Assembly (NCBI GenBank): GCA_963768145.1 | Contig: CAVYHK010000031.1 | Location: 8,187 to 72,186 of the forward strand | Direction: 5' to 3' | DNA from: an uncultured Bacteroidota bacterium | GTDB taxonomy: Bacteria; Bacteroidota; Ignavibacteria; Kryptoniales; JAKASW01 | Length of the DNA: 64,000 nt | Shown here: one piece after another, positions 49,420 through 60,069 of the stretch | Layout of the letters: the number at the start of each line of letters is the position of its first letter | Numbering within the stretch: the first letter of the stretch is position 1 | Position numbers and translations under genes: made by a program | Notes under the pieces: generated by a model | The model's input: the letters and a program-made list of their open reading frames with translations, nothing else | What the model was told of the DNA's origin: nothing | Database searches by the model: none

Positions 49420-50022
49420 GGCACAAAGAGGCATAGGCACAAAGGCGCAAAGTGGAATACCGGAGTGCATTCCTCTTTCTGTGGATCAAGCAAAGTCTCG
49501 TCGGAATCTGATTGGAAACTCATCCCCCGGCCCCTTCTCTTACCAAGAGAAGGGGAGTGCCTTCCCTTGACCACTTATCATGAGCAGTTCCGCGGCGAAG
49601 TTGAGCTTTGCGAAAGCCTGCCTTGCGGAACAATCCCAAAGGATGTACCACGACGAACTCACCCCCTAGTCCCCCTCTCTAGAATTAGAGAGGGGGAGAT
49701 CACCGAGGTGTCCGCTGTTTTCTTGCCGGAAGTCCGAGAGGCTATCCCCATAATCAGACCACTAAGTCTGGGACTGGCGCGTCCCGACTTTGTCGGGGAT
49801 CCCTTCGGGACAAAGACAGTAGGCCTGAGGGGGAACTCTTCCCGCCCATCTGTCATTTCGAGGAGTCCGCTTTTGCCGGACGACGAGAAATCTTCTGTGG
49901 AGATTCACAAAAGCTGGAGTAGAGGTAATCGACAGGAGATTTCTCTCTCAACAGCATGTTTCGTGTCTAAAATTTTTCCTCACAGTTGGTTTGTGAAGAA
50001 GGACCACTCCCGCAAGCGGGAT
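49420..50022. repeat. Cluster of different REP-like palindromes
   Basis: ggcacaaag x2, ccccttctct-tacca-agagaagggg (49531), tccccctctcta-gaat-tagagaggggga (49670), cccgactttgtcggg (about 49783), tgtcatttcgaggag...gagaaatct / agatttctc, tcccgcaagcggga. Confidence 0.65.
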
Positions 50023-50476
50023 CTTCGACCCGCATTCTACGATGCGTACTTTGCAGCGTGTCCGGTGAAGGCGCTTGGAACACGGCACAAGGTGAAGCCT
50101 CCGACTCCTACGGAGCAGACGACTGCGCCGAAAAAGGGCTGAAGATAAGATGTGAAGCTGATAAGATGATATGAACTGCGGCTCATTACAAAGCGAACAT
50201 TGTTACATAGAGATAAGTACCTCCTTGTCATCTATAACCGTGAGGGGTGAGCCGCAGTCAATCTTTTTCCCGTTGGGAAAAAGACAGCTTCTGCAGCGTC
50301 TTGTAGAGTTTCAAGTGCCATTTTGCACGAAGTTGGAAAAGTTGAATCTAAAGGCTGTGTCGCTTACTTTTAAGCGACTTGGATAAGGAAGCGTGCTTTA
50401 TAAATGTCATCAAGCTAGAAGCAAGACTCACATTCAGGGAAACCTTCGAAGTCGATGATTTTGGGGCGGAACCAAC

Positions 50477-51559
50477 ATGAAGATCGGAAACATAAAAGGC
50501 GCTCTCATTGAATGCATAGTGCGCAACCTCCTGCGAAGTTGCGGTTTCACGAATGTAAAGGCAGACCGTTTGTACACCTTTGAACGCGGTGGACTGTTCT
50601 TTATCAATGGAAAAGGCGCCGCTCACGATGCAGATGTGCTCATGGATCCTCCCGTTCAGATGCCCTTTGCCTATCCGACAAGGATCATCTTTGAATGTAA
50701 GGCCTATGATGGGAAGGCTTCTCTCCCAACTGTCCGGAACGCTTTGGGATTGCGCAGTGATATCAACGATTTTGAGATTGTCACTAAAGAGTCCCTTGAA
50801 AAAAGGCAAAACAATAGGAGAGCTTCATACGCCATCGAGACTAGACAGAGATTTAACTACCAAGTAGGCGTTGCATCAATGAAAGGTTTCAGGAAACCGG
50901 CCGTTGAATTCGCAGCTAACAATAGAATACCATTGCTCGACTTAAGCTGGTTTCTTGATCCCCATACTATGCATGATATCCAGTCACTTAGTCAGTCGGA
51001 ACTTGATAGCCTACCATTAGATTTTCAAAGTGAGTTGTATGATTTGCTGAAGGACAAATCCAAAAAGCTTAGGAACGTGGTACACCGATTGCAAGAAGAC
51101 AGATCGATTCGCCAGACCAAGTACCCCGGTATTCTGGATTCGGTGTCTGCAGTTCTCCAGAGGATCAACGTCGGCCTGTTGGAAACTGGGGATTTGTTGT
51201 TTTTGTTTCGACGGGACACTGGAGGTCCGACCATTTTCTCAGAGGAGTACCGGTTCTCTGATCTATTGGGCCAAATCCACTATCAGGACGAAAGACCCAA
51301 TTTCTGGACTTTGTCAGTGCGCACTGGAAGAAACGCCGAGATAGGAGCCGAGTATGATTTTTACATTCTTGATTTGATCCTCAGATATTGGAAGGAATTT
51401 AACCTGGACAGATTGGCCGCATTTGATATCAAGGCCAGATACTTTGGGAGGATCTTTGTCTTCGGCAGCTCGTTAGAAGATTCAATTCCCTTCAGGTTGG
51501 TCTCGATTGACCAGGAGTGGCTCGACAGCGCTCGTGAAGACGCAGCTCCAGCAGGATGA
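50477..51559 (+). CDS. Mrr-like PD-(D/E)XK restriction endonuclease with unknown C-terminal domain
   Basis: GALIE...LLRSCGF, HDADV, IIFECKAY, GFRKPAVEFAANNRIPLLD. Confidence 0.8.
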   Translation: MKIGNIKGALIECIVRNLLRSCGFTNVKADRLYTFERGGLFFINGKGAAHDADVLMDPPVQMPFAYPTRIIFECKAYDGKASLPTVRNALGLRSDINDFEIVTKESLEKRQNNRRASYAIETRQRFNYQVGVASMKGFRKPAVEFAANNRIPLLDLSWFLDPHTMHDIQSLSQSELDSLPLDFQSELYDLLKDKSKKLRNVVHRLQEDRSIRQTKYPGILDSVSAVLQRINVGLLETGDLLFLFRRDTGGPTIFSEEYRFSDLLGQIHYQDERPNFWTLSVRTGRNAEIGAEYDFYILDLILRYWKEFNLDRLAAFDIKARYFGRIFVFGSSLEDSIPFRLVSIDQEWLDSAREDAAPAG

Positions 51560-51596
51560 AACCTGTGAGATATTAGAAAAGAAAGGACATTGTGCC

Positions 51597-52574
51597 ATGG
51601 CAAGAATAATTTTAGAGAAAAAGGAGTATTCACTTCTAGACTTCGACCTAGAGTCGGAGTTTGAGAAGGCTGTGATTCAAAACCAGAAGTATCTGTTTGG
51701 GAAAGACGCTGTGTACGTGGACGTCAAAAGGCCCTTTGGAAAGACCCCGCATCGGGGGATTCCGGATGCTTTCGTAATTGACTTCTATGACGCCAAACAT
51801 CCCCAGTTGTACATCGTAGAAAACGAGCTTGCTTCTCATGACGTTTACGCCCACATTGCCGAGCAGGTTGTGCGGTTTGGGACGAGCGCCATAACCTCCG
51901 CAAACCAAATACGTGAGATACTTATAAAAGCGGTCGAGAATGATGTGAACACGAAGAAAGAAATAGAGAATTACTTACCCCGGACCGTTTTCAAAACCAT
52001 TACTGAGCTTATGTTATACCTTACTGAAAGCGACATAAAGATCGTTGTTGCCATCAATGAGGAGACTACAGATTTGAACCTTGCTTTCAAAATTTTTAAA
52101 AGTCCACCAGATATCGTTGTACTGCAGCGATACTCGTCGGGGGAAGATATCTCATACTATTATGAGCCGATGAGGGAGGAGATCGAAGACATTGAACACG
52201 AAAAAGGGAAGACCGGGGAGGTCGTTGAGTTTGACACAGTGGTATGTGCAGCCTTTGAGGATGGCTTCAAACATGCTTATCTCGACAATAATGCGTGGTG
52301 GGCCATCCGGCTTTCTCAGAAAGCACGCGAACAATTGAAGTACCTTGCGATTTATGAAAAAAAACCCGTTGCACACATAAGCCACTATGCGGAAATTGAT
52401 CGTATTGAACCTTACAAAGATTCGGGTAAGTACATATTATATTTAAAGAACAAGAAGACCGTGAAACCAATTAACCTTGGCAGCGGCAAAGCTGGCGAAG
52501 CTCCTCAAGCGCCGCGGTACACAACGTTGAGCAAGCTTCTAAGCGCCAAGACAGTTAGTGAACTATGGAGTTAA
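51597..52574 (+). CDS. PD-(D/E)XK-like nuclease with C-terminal PUA/EVE-like domain
   Basis: ESEFE, GIPDAF, IVENEL...H; C-terminal DTVVCAAFEDGF...WWAIRL...LAIYEKKPVAHISHYAEI. Confidence 0.65.
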   Translation: MARIILEKKEYSLLDFDLESEFEKAVIQNQKYLFGKDAVYVDVKRPFGKTPHRGIPDAFVIDFYDAKHPQLYIVENELASHDVYAHIAEQVVRFGTSAITSANQIREILIKAVENDVNTKKEIENYLPRTVFKTITELMLYLTESDIKIVVAINEETTDLNLAFKIFKSPPDIVVLQRYSSGEDISYYYEPMREEIEDIEHEKGKTGEVVEFDTVVCAAFEDGFKHAYLDNNAWWAIRLSQKAREQLKYLAIYEKKPVAHISHYAEIDRIEPYKDSGKYILYLKNKKTVKPINLGSGKAGEAPQAPRYTTLSKLLSAKTVSELWS

Positions 52575-52583
52575 AATAAAACA

Positions 52584-54155
52584 ATGCCAACACTTCAATT
52601 CAAAGGCAAGAGCGTAATCTGGAACCATCATCTTTCAGTACCATACCACACGCTCGAAGAAGATAAGAAGCTGAGCTTCCAACCGGAGAAGGGCGAAGGG
52701 AATCTCATCATCGAAGGAGATAACCTTCTTGCTCTCAAAGCCATTTTGCCACAGTACAGCGGGAAAGTGAAGTGTATCTACATTGACCCGCCATACAACA
52801 CGGGCAATGAAGGCTGGGTTTACAATGACAACGTGAACAGCCCGCTGATTAAAGATTGGATCGGCAAGGAAGTCGGGAGGGACGACTTAACGAGGCACGA
52901 CAAATGGCTCTGCATGATGGTACCGCGTCTCAAACTTCTTCGAGATTTGCTCCGAGACGACGGAGTTATTTTTGCCAGTATAGATGACAACGAGCAAACT
53001 TTCTTGAAAATGATGATGGATGAGATATTCGGACAAGATAATTTTATGGGTAATCTTCCTCGAAGGACAAAATCTGGCGGCGGTAGTGCCGCGTCCGATT
53101 TTGCAATTGAACATGATTATATTCTAGCTTATGCGAGGCACAAGGATCAATTAGAGGATATGTTCATTCCCCACGACCCCGAATACGCAAAGAGGTATTC
53201 CGAAGAAGACAAAATTAGCAGGTTCTTTTGGGATACGTTTGAACGTTCCTATACGCAGACCAAACCATATAAGATAAAGGCTCCGGATGGGACCATGCTA
53301 ACTGGTAAATGGTTCAGAGCTGAAGATCGATTCCTCAAAGATTTGCAGGCGGGGGATATGCGATTTGTTAAGAAAAAGGATGGCTCTTGGTCGGTTCAGT
53401 TCAAACAGCGGATTGGTAAAGGCAGAAAAATTCGATCACTTATCGAGAATGAGTTTAAATCAAGTTCGGCGGACCTAGAAGAGCTCGGGATGGCAGGTGC
53501 GATTGCTTTTCCAAAGCCTTTGAGTCTTTTGAGAGAACTCATTATATCAGTGACGAGCGAGGACCTGTCTCCAATAATCCTTGACTCCTTTGCCGGTTCC
53601 GGCACAACCATGCACGCTGTCATGGACCTAAACAACGAAGATGGCGGCAACCGGAAGTGCATAATGGTCCAAATGACTGAAGCCACCGAGCATGACCCCA
53701 AGAAGAACATCTGCAAAGACATAAGTCAGGAGAGAATAAGGAGGGCGATAAAAAAATATGGCTACAAGGGCGGGTTCAGATATTTTAGGGTTGGCGAGGC
53801 AATCGATGCAGAGACCATGCTGTCAGGCAAACTTCCGACTTTTCACCAGCTTGCCAATTACGTCTATTACCTCTGCACCGGAAGCCATGTGCCGGATGAG
53901 AAGAATATCGATGAAGAATCCTTTTTTGTCGGCTTGACAAGCAACGAGCGAATTTACTTGGTCTACGATAATACTTACGACAAGCTGGCCCATCTTGCTT
54001 TGAACCTCGACCTTGTCGAGAAATTTCTCAAGGAGAGTTCCGGCAAGAAGATTATTGTATATGCCCCCGCTTGTTTCCTCGATGAAGAATACATGTCGGA
54101 GAAGAGGATTGAGTTCGTTAGCATTCCTTACAACCTGTTTACTAAGAATAAATGA
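52584..54155 (+). CDS. mod: Type III restriction-modification methyltransferase
   Basis: MPTLQFKGK, IEGDNL, IYIDPPYNTG, FPKP, LDSFAGSGTT. Confidence 0.95.
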   Translation: MPTLQFKGKSVIWNHHLSVPYHTLEEDKKLSFQPEKGEGNLIIEGDNLLALKAILPQYSGKVKCIYIDPPYNTGNEGWVYNDNVNSPLIKDWIGKEVGRDDLTRHDKWLCMMVPRLKLLRDLLRDDGVIFASIDDNEQTFLKMMMDEIFGQDNFMGNLPRRTKSGGGSAASDFAIEHDYILAYARHKDQLEDMFIPHDPEYAKRYSEEDKISRFFWDTFERSYTQTKPYKIKAPDGTMLTGKWFRAEDRFLKDLQAGDMRFVKKKDGSWSVQFKQRIGKGRKIRSLIENEFKSSSADLEELGMAGAIAFPKPLSLLRELIISVTSEDLSPIILDSFAGSGTTMHAVMDLNNEDGGNRKCIMVQMTEATEHDPKKNICKDISQERIRRAIKKYGYKGGFRYFRVGEAIDAETMLSGKLPTFHQLANYVYYLCTGSHVPDEKNIDEESFFVGLTSNERIYLVYDNTYDKLAHLALNLDLVEKFLKESSGKKIIVYAPACFLDEEYMSEKRIEFVSIPYNLFTKNK

Positions 54156-54222
54156 AAACTCCGAGTCTGACATTTGAAAGCGCGAAATCGTTTTATGGTA
54201 TCACACACCATGGCATGACGAT

Positions 54223-54351
54223 AGCCCATGGCTTAAGCCATGGGCTGGAAGATGTGTGCTCCGCATTTTCCGGGAAACCGTTTAAACGGTTTCTTCTCCC
54301 ATGGAGCATGGAGTTCATGAACCCACAAGCCCATGAATTAATTCATGGGCT
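54223..54351. repeat. Three perfect palindromes upstream of tnpA
   Basis: agcccatggcttaagccatgggct (54223), gaaaccgtttaaacggtttc (54274), agcccatgaattaattcatgggct (54328). Confidence 0.85.
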
Positions 54352-54378
54352 GCGCCCGTGGGTTGAGGGAGTCGCATC

Positions 54379-54834
54379 GTGTCACACTCGTTGACTAAGA
54401 TATGGATACATGCAATCTTCGGAACGAAGGAGAGAACTCCCATAATAAGGCCATCATTTGAGGCACGGCTCCACACACATGTGAAAGAACATCTCGAAAA
54501 CGATTTGAATTGTCAGGTAAGAATTGTCAACGGAACCGAGGATCACGTGCATATTCTTTTCCTGATGACTCCCAATCTTTCATTGAAGGATGTTATGCAA
54601 AACATAAAAGGCGAATCATCACACTGGGTGAACCAACAAGACTTCTCGACGATGAAATTCGCCTGGCAGGTGGGTTACGGAGCGTTCTCGGTAAGCGAGT
54701 CCGCTGTGAACGATGTTGAGGTTTATATCCGCAACCAGAAGCAGCATCATAAGAAGACAACGTTTATGGAAGAGTATGAGGCGCTCATGAAGAAACACGG
54801 GCTTTTGCTTGAGCCGGAAAACGTTAGTGAGTAG
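54379..54834 (+). mobile_element. tnpA: IS200/IS605-family Y1 transposase (intact)
   Basis: IWIHAIFGTKER, EDHVH, IKGESS, WQVGYGAFSVS, YIRNQKQHH. Confidence 0.93.
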
Positions 54835-54835
54835 C

Positions 54836-57370
54836 ATGTATTTAAAGAATTATCAAGTTGAAGTTGTCCGGACATTAAAGCAGTTTTTCCAAAAAGCAAA
54901 GGAGAGCAAAGATTGGGTACCGTCTCCTGAATTCGAAAAGCTGCCATCGGCTGTACAGGGTTCATGGAATTGGGTTAGAAACGTGCTCGAAGGGATGAAC
55001 GTCGAGTACAATGATCAAAGTCGGAACGGACTTGGGGAGCTTTATCCCCGAATGGTTATGAAGGTGCCCACGGGCGGCGGCAAAACCTTGTTAGCAGTCG
55101 AATCAATAAGAGAATACCAAACCTTGTTTGCGCAAAAGCGCACTGGACTCGTCGTCTGGATTGTCCCGACAGAAACAATTTATTCCCAAACGGTGAAGCG
55201 GCTCAGGGACAAGAGCAATCCGTTGAGACAGATATTAGACCAATCGAGCGGCGGCCGAACGATAATTCTCGAAAAAGGGCAGCGCCTGACTGCCCAGGAT
55301 ACCGAAGAGAACCTTGTTATTCTGTTTGTCATGATTCAGTCGGTTAGCCGCCTGAACGCGAAGGAATCGCTGAAAGTCTTTCAGGATTCCGGCGGCTACG
55401 AGAGCTTCTTTCCGCTGGACGGGAGATATGATCTCCACAAGAAACTCCTCGATCAGTATCCGAATCTTGACACGATTGCCGGAAAGGACTCAATCGCGCC
55501 TCAGATGAGGACCAGCCTTGCCAACGCTATCAGGGTTTCATCGGCGTTTATCATAGTGGATGAGATGCACAAGGTCTTTTCCGATATTGCGAGGCGCACC
55601 ATCGACGGGTTGAATCCTCAGGCGGTGCTTGGACTGACGGCGACGCCGAAGGAACACGAGATGAACATCATCGTCCGCATAACCGGTGCGCAGCTCAAGG
55701 ACGAACAGATGGTGAAATTGGATATGCACATCATTCCACCGTCGCACACGAGAACGAATGATTGGCACGCCATGGTCAGGGAGATTAAGAAACAACGTGA
55801 AGAGCTTGAGAAGAAAGCGATTTCCTTCCATAGAAAGAGCGGAATCTACATAAGACCGATTTCATTAATTCAGGTCGAGGCCACAGGGAAAGATCAAAGA
55901 GGAAAAGGTAGAGTCCACAGCCTTGATGTGAAAGAGTATCTAACTCAGATAGGATTAAATGCCGACGAATTGGCAATAAAGACGAGCAGCCAGAATGATA
56001 TTGAAGATGTCGATCTCTTCGGTTCCGAATGTCCAGTAAGATACATAATTACAAAGGAGGCGCTGCGTGAGGGATGGGATTGCTCTTTTGCTTACATCCT
56101 CGGAATAATACCGAACGTTGAATCGGACACGAGCGTCACGCAGATAATAGGCAGGATCCTCAGGCAGCATAATGCGACGAAGACTGGCATTAAAGAGCTC
56201 GATGAGAGCTATGTCTATTTTTCGAGGGGTCAAACGAGGGAGATGGTAGAAAGAGTCGACGCCGGTTTCAAGAACGAAGGGCTTGAAGACCTGACCGGGC
56301 ATATCGGCGTTGGTAGTGGAGCCACGATGTCAACGAGAACGAAGCGGGTTGGAATTAAGAAGAAATATCAGAAGTTCGAGCCTGCGTTCTACTTGCCGGT
56401 CTGGCTGATGATTGACAGCGGCCGCAGGAAGCGACGTTTCTCCTACGAGATGGACATTAAGGCGAGCCTTGACTTCTCTACTTACGTTCTTAGCGAAGCG
56501 GCAATCAAGTCCATTCAAGATTCAATGAGCAAAGAGGCACATCGGCGAATAGGTCGTGTCGTCACTCTGGACAAAGAAAGCAAAGAACGAGATTGGGAAG
56601 AACAATTCGAAGAGAGCGGCGAAAAGGAGATCGATATTGATTATTTGACGCGCCTGTACACTGAAACGATAGGAAATGCTTTTCTCGCTCGCCGACTCGC
56701 TCAAGAGCATATCCAAGCTTTGCGAAAGGAAATAACTGATGCCGAGTTGAATGGAAGCTTCGGGTACGTTGCTTCGGAACTCCACAAACGATTGCAAGAA
56801 GAAAAAAGGCGAATGGAAGAAACGACGTTCAAACAATACTTGAGTGAAGGCAAACTTGTCCTTGCGGTATCCAACGATGATGAGAGTGGTTATAAAATTC
56901 CTGAGTCGGACGAAATTGACCCAAACGTCCGCGGTGATTCGTTCAAGTACTACCTGTTTGATGATGTTGACTTCTCGGCGCTCAATAAATACGAGCGAGA
57001 TGTCGCGCGGATCATAGACGACCAAGCCAATATCTTGTGGTGGTTCAGGAATAAAGACAGAGGGAACTGGTACTCAATCCAGGGCTGGCAGAAGTACAAG
57101 ATTAGGCCCGACTTCGTCGCGGCAAAGAAAGGCAAGGGGGACAAGCTTGAGATCGTCTATGTATTGGAAAGCAAGGGTGAACACCTGATAGGAAACGAGG
57201 ACACCAAGTATAAGAAGGAAGTCCTCAATTTGATGACTGAGCAACACAAGAAAAAGAAGATCGTGAACGCAGCCCAGGGAGAGTTGTTCAAGCAGGTCAA
57301 TGAGAATGCCGAGTTCTACCTTGTCGAGCAAGGGAAAGAGGAAACCGAGATTAAGAAGCTGATGAAATGA
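54836..57370 (+). CDS. res: Type III restriction endonuclease subunit (DEAD/DEAH helicase plus nuclease)
   Basis: LKNYQ, VPTGGGKT, VDEMH, LTATP, ALREGWD, QIIGRILR, C-terminal RPDF...LESKG. Confidence 0.93.
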   Translation: MYLKNYQVEVVRTLKQFFQKAKESKDWVPSPEFEKLPSAVQGSWNWVRNVLEGMNVEYNDQSRNGLGELYPRMVMKVPTGGGKTLLAVESIREYQTLFAQKRTGLVVWIVPTETIYSQTVKRLRDKSNPLRQILDQSSGGRTIILEKGQRLTAQDTEENLVILFVMIQSVSRLNAKESLKVFQDSGGYESFFPLDGRYDLHKKLLDQYPNLDTIAGKDSIAPQMRTSLANAIRVSSAFIIVDEMHKVFSDIARRTIDGLNPQAVLGLTATPKEHEMNIIVRITGAQLKDEQMVKLDMHIIPPSHTRTNDWHAMVREIKKQREELEKKAISFHRKSGIYIRPISLIQVEATGKDQRGKGRVHSLDVKEYLTQIGLNADELAIKTSSQNDIEDVDLFGSECPVRYIITKEALREGWDCSFAYILGIIPNVESDTSVTQIIGRILRQHNATKTGIKELDESYVYFSRGQTREMVERVDAGFKNEGLEDLTGHIGVGSGATMSTRTKRVGIKKKYQKFEPAFYLPVWLMIDSGRRKRRFSYEMDIKASLDFSTYVLSEAAIKSIQDSMSKEAHRRIGRVVTLDKESKERDWEEQFEESGEKEIDIDYLTRLYTETIGNAFLARRLAQEHIQALRKEITDAELNGSFGYVASELHKRLQEEKRRMEETTFKQYLSEGKLVLAVSNDDESGYKIPESDEIDPNVRGDSFKYYLFDDVDFSALNKYERDVARIIDDQANILWWFRNKDRGNWYSIQGWQKYKIRPDFVAAKKGKGDKLEIVYVLESKGEHLIGNEDTKYKKEVLNLMTEQHKKKKIVNAAQGELFKQVNENAEFYLVEQGKEETEIKKLMK

Positions 57371-58662
57371 CTAAATCGCGGAAGCTGGATTCGAAATCCC
57401 TCATTTGCATTGACTGCATTGGCGACTCAAATCTTAAGAAACGAATAAAAGCAACTGGGAAAAAGTCCCTTTGCGCTTGCTGCGGCAACACGGAACTCGC
57501 AGTCACACTGGACGAATTGGGTAAGGTAGTCGATAAAGCGTATAGAAATTTCTATGAACCTGGCCCAGAAGTGCCGGAATATGAGGTTGGCTCAGACCAT
57601 ACGACATGGTCACAAAAGGGAAATCCTCCGCAGGAAATTCTGGAAAATCTAACGGAGGCTGACTATGAGATTGCCGAAGCGTTGGTCGATATTATGTCTG
57701 CCAAGGAGAGGTATGCCGTGGTCAGAGATGGTGCGGCCCCTTATTATGATTCAACTTCAAATTATGTAGAGACTCGTCCCTACTCGGACAGGTATTTTTC
57801 GATTTGGTATTCTTTTCGCGACAGGATTAGACATGAAAAGAGATTTTTCGATCTAAAGGGACAGGAGCTACTGAAGGCGATTTTTGAAGATATTGGAGAC
57901 TTCTCCTATGGCGGAAGTAAGCCCCCGATCAAGCTGTTGGATCCCGCGAAAGAGAGAATTCAATTGTGTAGAGCAAGACGTGCTACTAATGGTGATCAAG
58001 CCCGCGAGTTTATGAAAGAGCCTTGGTCCAAGATAGGACCTCCGCCTCCGAAATCAGCAAAAGCTGGTCGGATGAATCCTGCCGGAATATCGGTGTTTTA
58101 CGGAGCTCTGAAGGAGGGAACCTGTGTTGCGGAATTGCGTCCCCCCGCAGGATCACTTGTTGTTCATGCGCTGTTTGAGCCCTCGAGAGAAATAAAACTT
58201 CTTGATTTTACGGTCTTCGACAGAGAGCCTTCCGGTATTGATCCATTTGATGAAGACGAATACGAAAATTTGGAACGATGGAGATTCTTAGAGTCCTTTC
58301 ACGAACAAATTACAAGGCCGATACAACCAGAAGAAGAAGAGATCGAATATGTGCCAACCCAAGCGGTAGCTGATTTCGTGCGGAACATTTTGAGCTATGA
58401 TGGAATCATTTATTCTTCGGCTCAGACTGAAAAACCTGAACAGAACATTGTATTGTTTGATCCCGAAGCGATCTCTCCTGGGGGAGAACCAACAGACGAC
58501 AGCACAACGTTCTTTAACGATATCGACACTATAATCTCCGGCATCGAGCTTGACCATCCGACAAAACTAATACTCCGCTATGTTGAGGGAAGTGCATCCA
58601 TCGCGAGGGTAAAGGCAGCCAACTATCAATACGAGGATATTGATGACGAGATGATCCTCTGA
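57367..58662 (+). CDS. RES-domain protein with N-terminal Cys-rich (HEPN/RES-associated NTD-like) region
   Basis: CIDC...CACC, GPPP...AGRMNPAGISVFYGA...VAELRP, EYVPTQ, GIIYSS, NIVLF; ATGA overlap with res. Confidence 0.88.
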   Translation: MTKSRKLDSKSLICIDCIGDSNLKKRIKATGKKSLCACCGNTELAVTLDELGKVVDKAYRNFYEPGPEVPEYEVGSDHTTWSQKGNPPQEILENLTEADYEIAEALVDIMSAKERYAVVRDGAAPYYDSTSNYVETRPYSDRYFSIWYSFRDRIRHEKRFFDLKGQELLKAIFEDIGDFSYGGSKPPIKLLDPAKERIQLCRARRATNGDQAREFMKEPWSKIGPPPPKSAKAGRMNPAGISVFYGALKEGTCVAELRPPAGSLVVHALFEPSREIKLLDFTVFDREPSGIDPFDEDEYENLERWRFLESFHEQITRPIQPEEEEIEYVPTQAVADFVRNILSYDGIIYSSAQTEKPEQNIVLFDPEAISPGGEPTDDSTTFFNDIDTIISGIELDHPTKLILRYVEGSASIARVKAANYQYEDIDDEMIL

Positions 58663-58791
58663 ACTGCATCGGGACTAACAAGGGCGGTTGGCGATTCACT
58701 TTACAAAAAGATATTGGAAAGCGGCGAATGCCATGCAACCTTTAGGACTAATACGGGTCACTGGGTCATGCAAAACCCGAGTGTTGTCTCA

Positions 58792-59736
58792 ATGGGCTTA
58801 GAAGGGTTTTACAGACATACCGGCCGGCCAGTTACCGACACGCAGATTAAGTTTGATGTTTACCAGTACTACCTGAGGTCGTACAGAACATTTATCGAAT
58901 GCCATTTTACAGCCGATCAGGACATCGTACTTTCAGCTCTGGGTTTAGGATTGCGGAGGCTCCCTAGCCTTGATATCAATGTCATAAAGAAATTCTTGTT
59001 CATTGGTTGGAACACGGAATTTCTATGTAACCTTAACAACGACAGAGAACCTGAAATTCTGAAAATCAACAACCACTGGAAACCAATTCAGTCTTACTAT
59101 GCGGTCTATTCAATCGGGGAAGCGCTTGCCCATTGCATAGATGGACACAATCCTGAATCTCATACTGGATGCATAAGAAAGCTCAATACTTTCTTGGTCA
59201 AGCAAGTGAAGATAGAACCGTGGGCGTTTGCTTTCATTGGAACACAGAGAAGAGGGTACCAGCCAATAAACTTTCCTTTGGGTGTTAAACTGTTGAATGT
59301 GTTGACAAGGACTGCCGTCAGGCCTGTGGATATGCTGGCCTCTTGTCTCAGAGCCGAACATGTCAATCTAATTGAGGACTTCACACCGAGGCCACTAACA
59401 AAGTCCGAAAAGGCAGCAGGTAGGAAGAAGCGACTAAAGTGTGATCAAGATCCTGGGTACACAACCATTTTGGATTTCTTGCACAGATTGAGAATAAAAT
59501 CAAATTACAAAGACGTAGAGATTTTCATTACGCAGGCCCCCGACGATCTGATAAAAGGATTCAGCGACAATTTGTCATTCATGGTGAATACAACCGCACT
59601 TCTCTTCGAGAGCATCATTGCCTTGCGGGTCGGGTTTGAGAATCTAAACTCCATGATGAATGAATACAAGAGAAGTGTACCTAGCCCAACGGACTTAGGG
59701 AAAAGGCTAGCTATATACGAGAGTGTGTTTTCATAA
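58792..59736 (+). CDS. Putative HEPN-superfamily protein (start uncertain: 58714, 58768 or 58792)
   Basis: QSYYAVYS helix, SH, and RLRIKSNY (Rx4Y variant of the HEPN motif). Confidence 0.55.
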   Translation: MGLEGFYRHTGRPVTDTQIKFDVYQYYLRSYRTFIECHFTADQDIVLSALGLGLRRLPSLDINVIKKFLFIGWNTEFLCNLNNDREPEILKINNHWKPIQSYYAVYSIGEALAHCIDGHNPESHTGCIRKLNTFLVKQVKIEPWAFAFIGTQRRGYQPINFPLGVKLLNVLTRTAVRPVDMLASCLRAEHVNLIEDFTPRPLTKSEKAAGRKKRLKCDQDPGYTTILDFLHRLRIKSNYKDVEIFITQAPDDLIKGFSDNLSFMVNTTALLFESIIALRVGFENLNSMMNEYKRSVPSPTDLGKRLAIYESVFS

Positions 59737-60069
59737 AGTTGGCTGCCCCTTGCGAGGCGACCACGACAGCGGCTTCTTCCTTTTTCACAGCGTCATTGCA
59801 AGCCAGCTTACGAATGTACCAGAATACTTCATCGGCGCGATTGCCGCGTTCCCGAAGGGAGAGCTGGCAAGTCCCTCTGAAGGAGATGGTGAAGTGAGAA
59901 GAATTCTTGGAAACTTGCTTGAATATTACTTGGAGACTGAGTAAAATCTAGTTGACACATGGAAGGGGAGACCGGAGTAAGACTTCCAAGTGCAAATTAG
60001 AGGCAGTGCTACAAAATCGTGTTGATTTAACTTCGCAATTTCACGGCATGGTTTGAGATTTGGACTGGT

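Noticed and set aside
49465-50142. 225-aa ORF
   Set aside because: Translation of stacked REP-like palindromes; no RBS and no domain signal.
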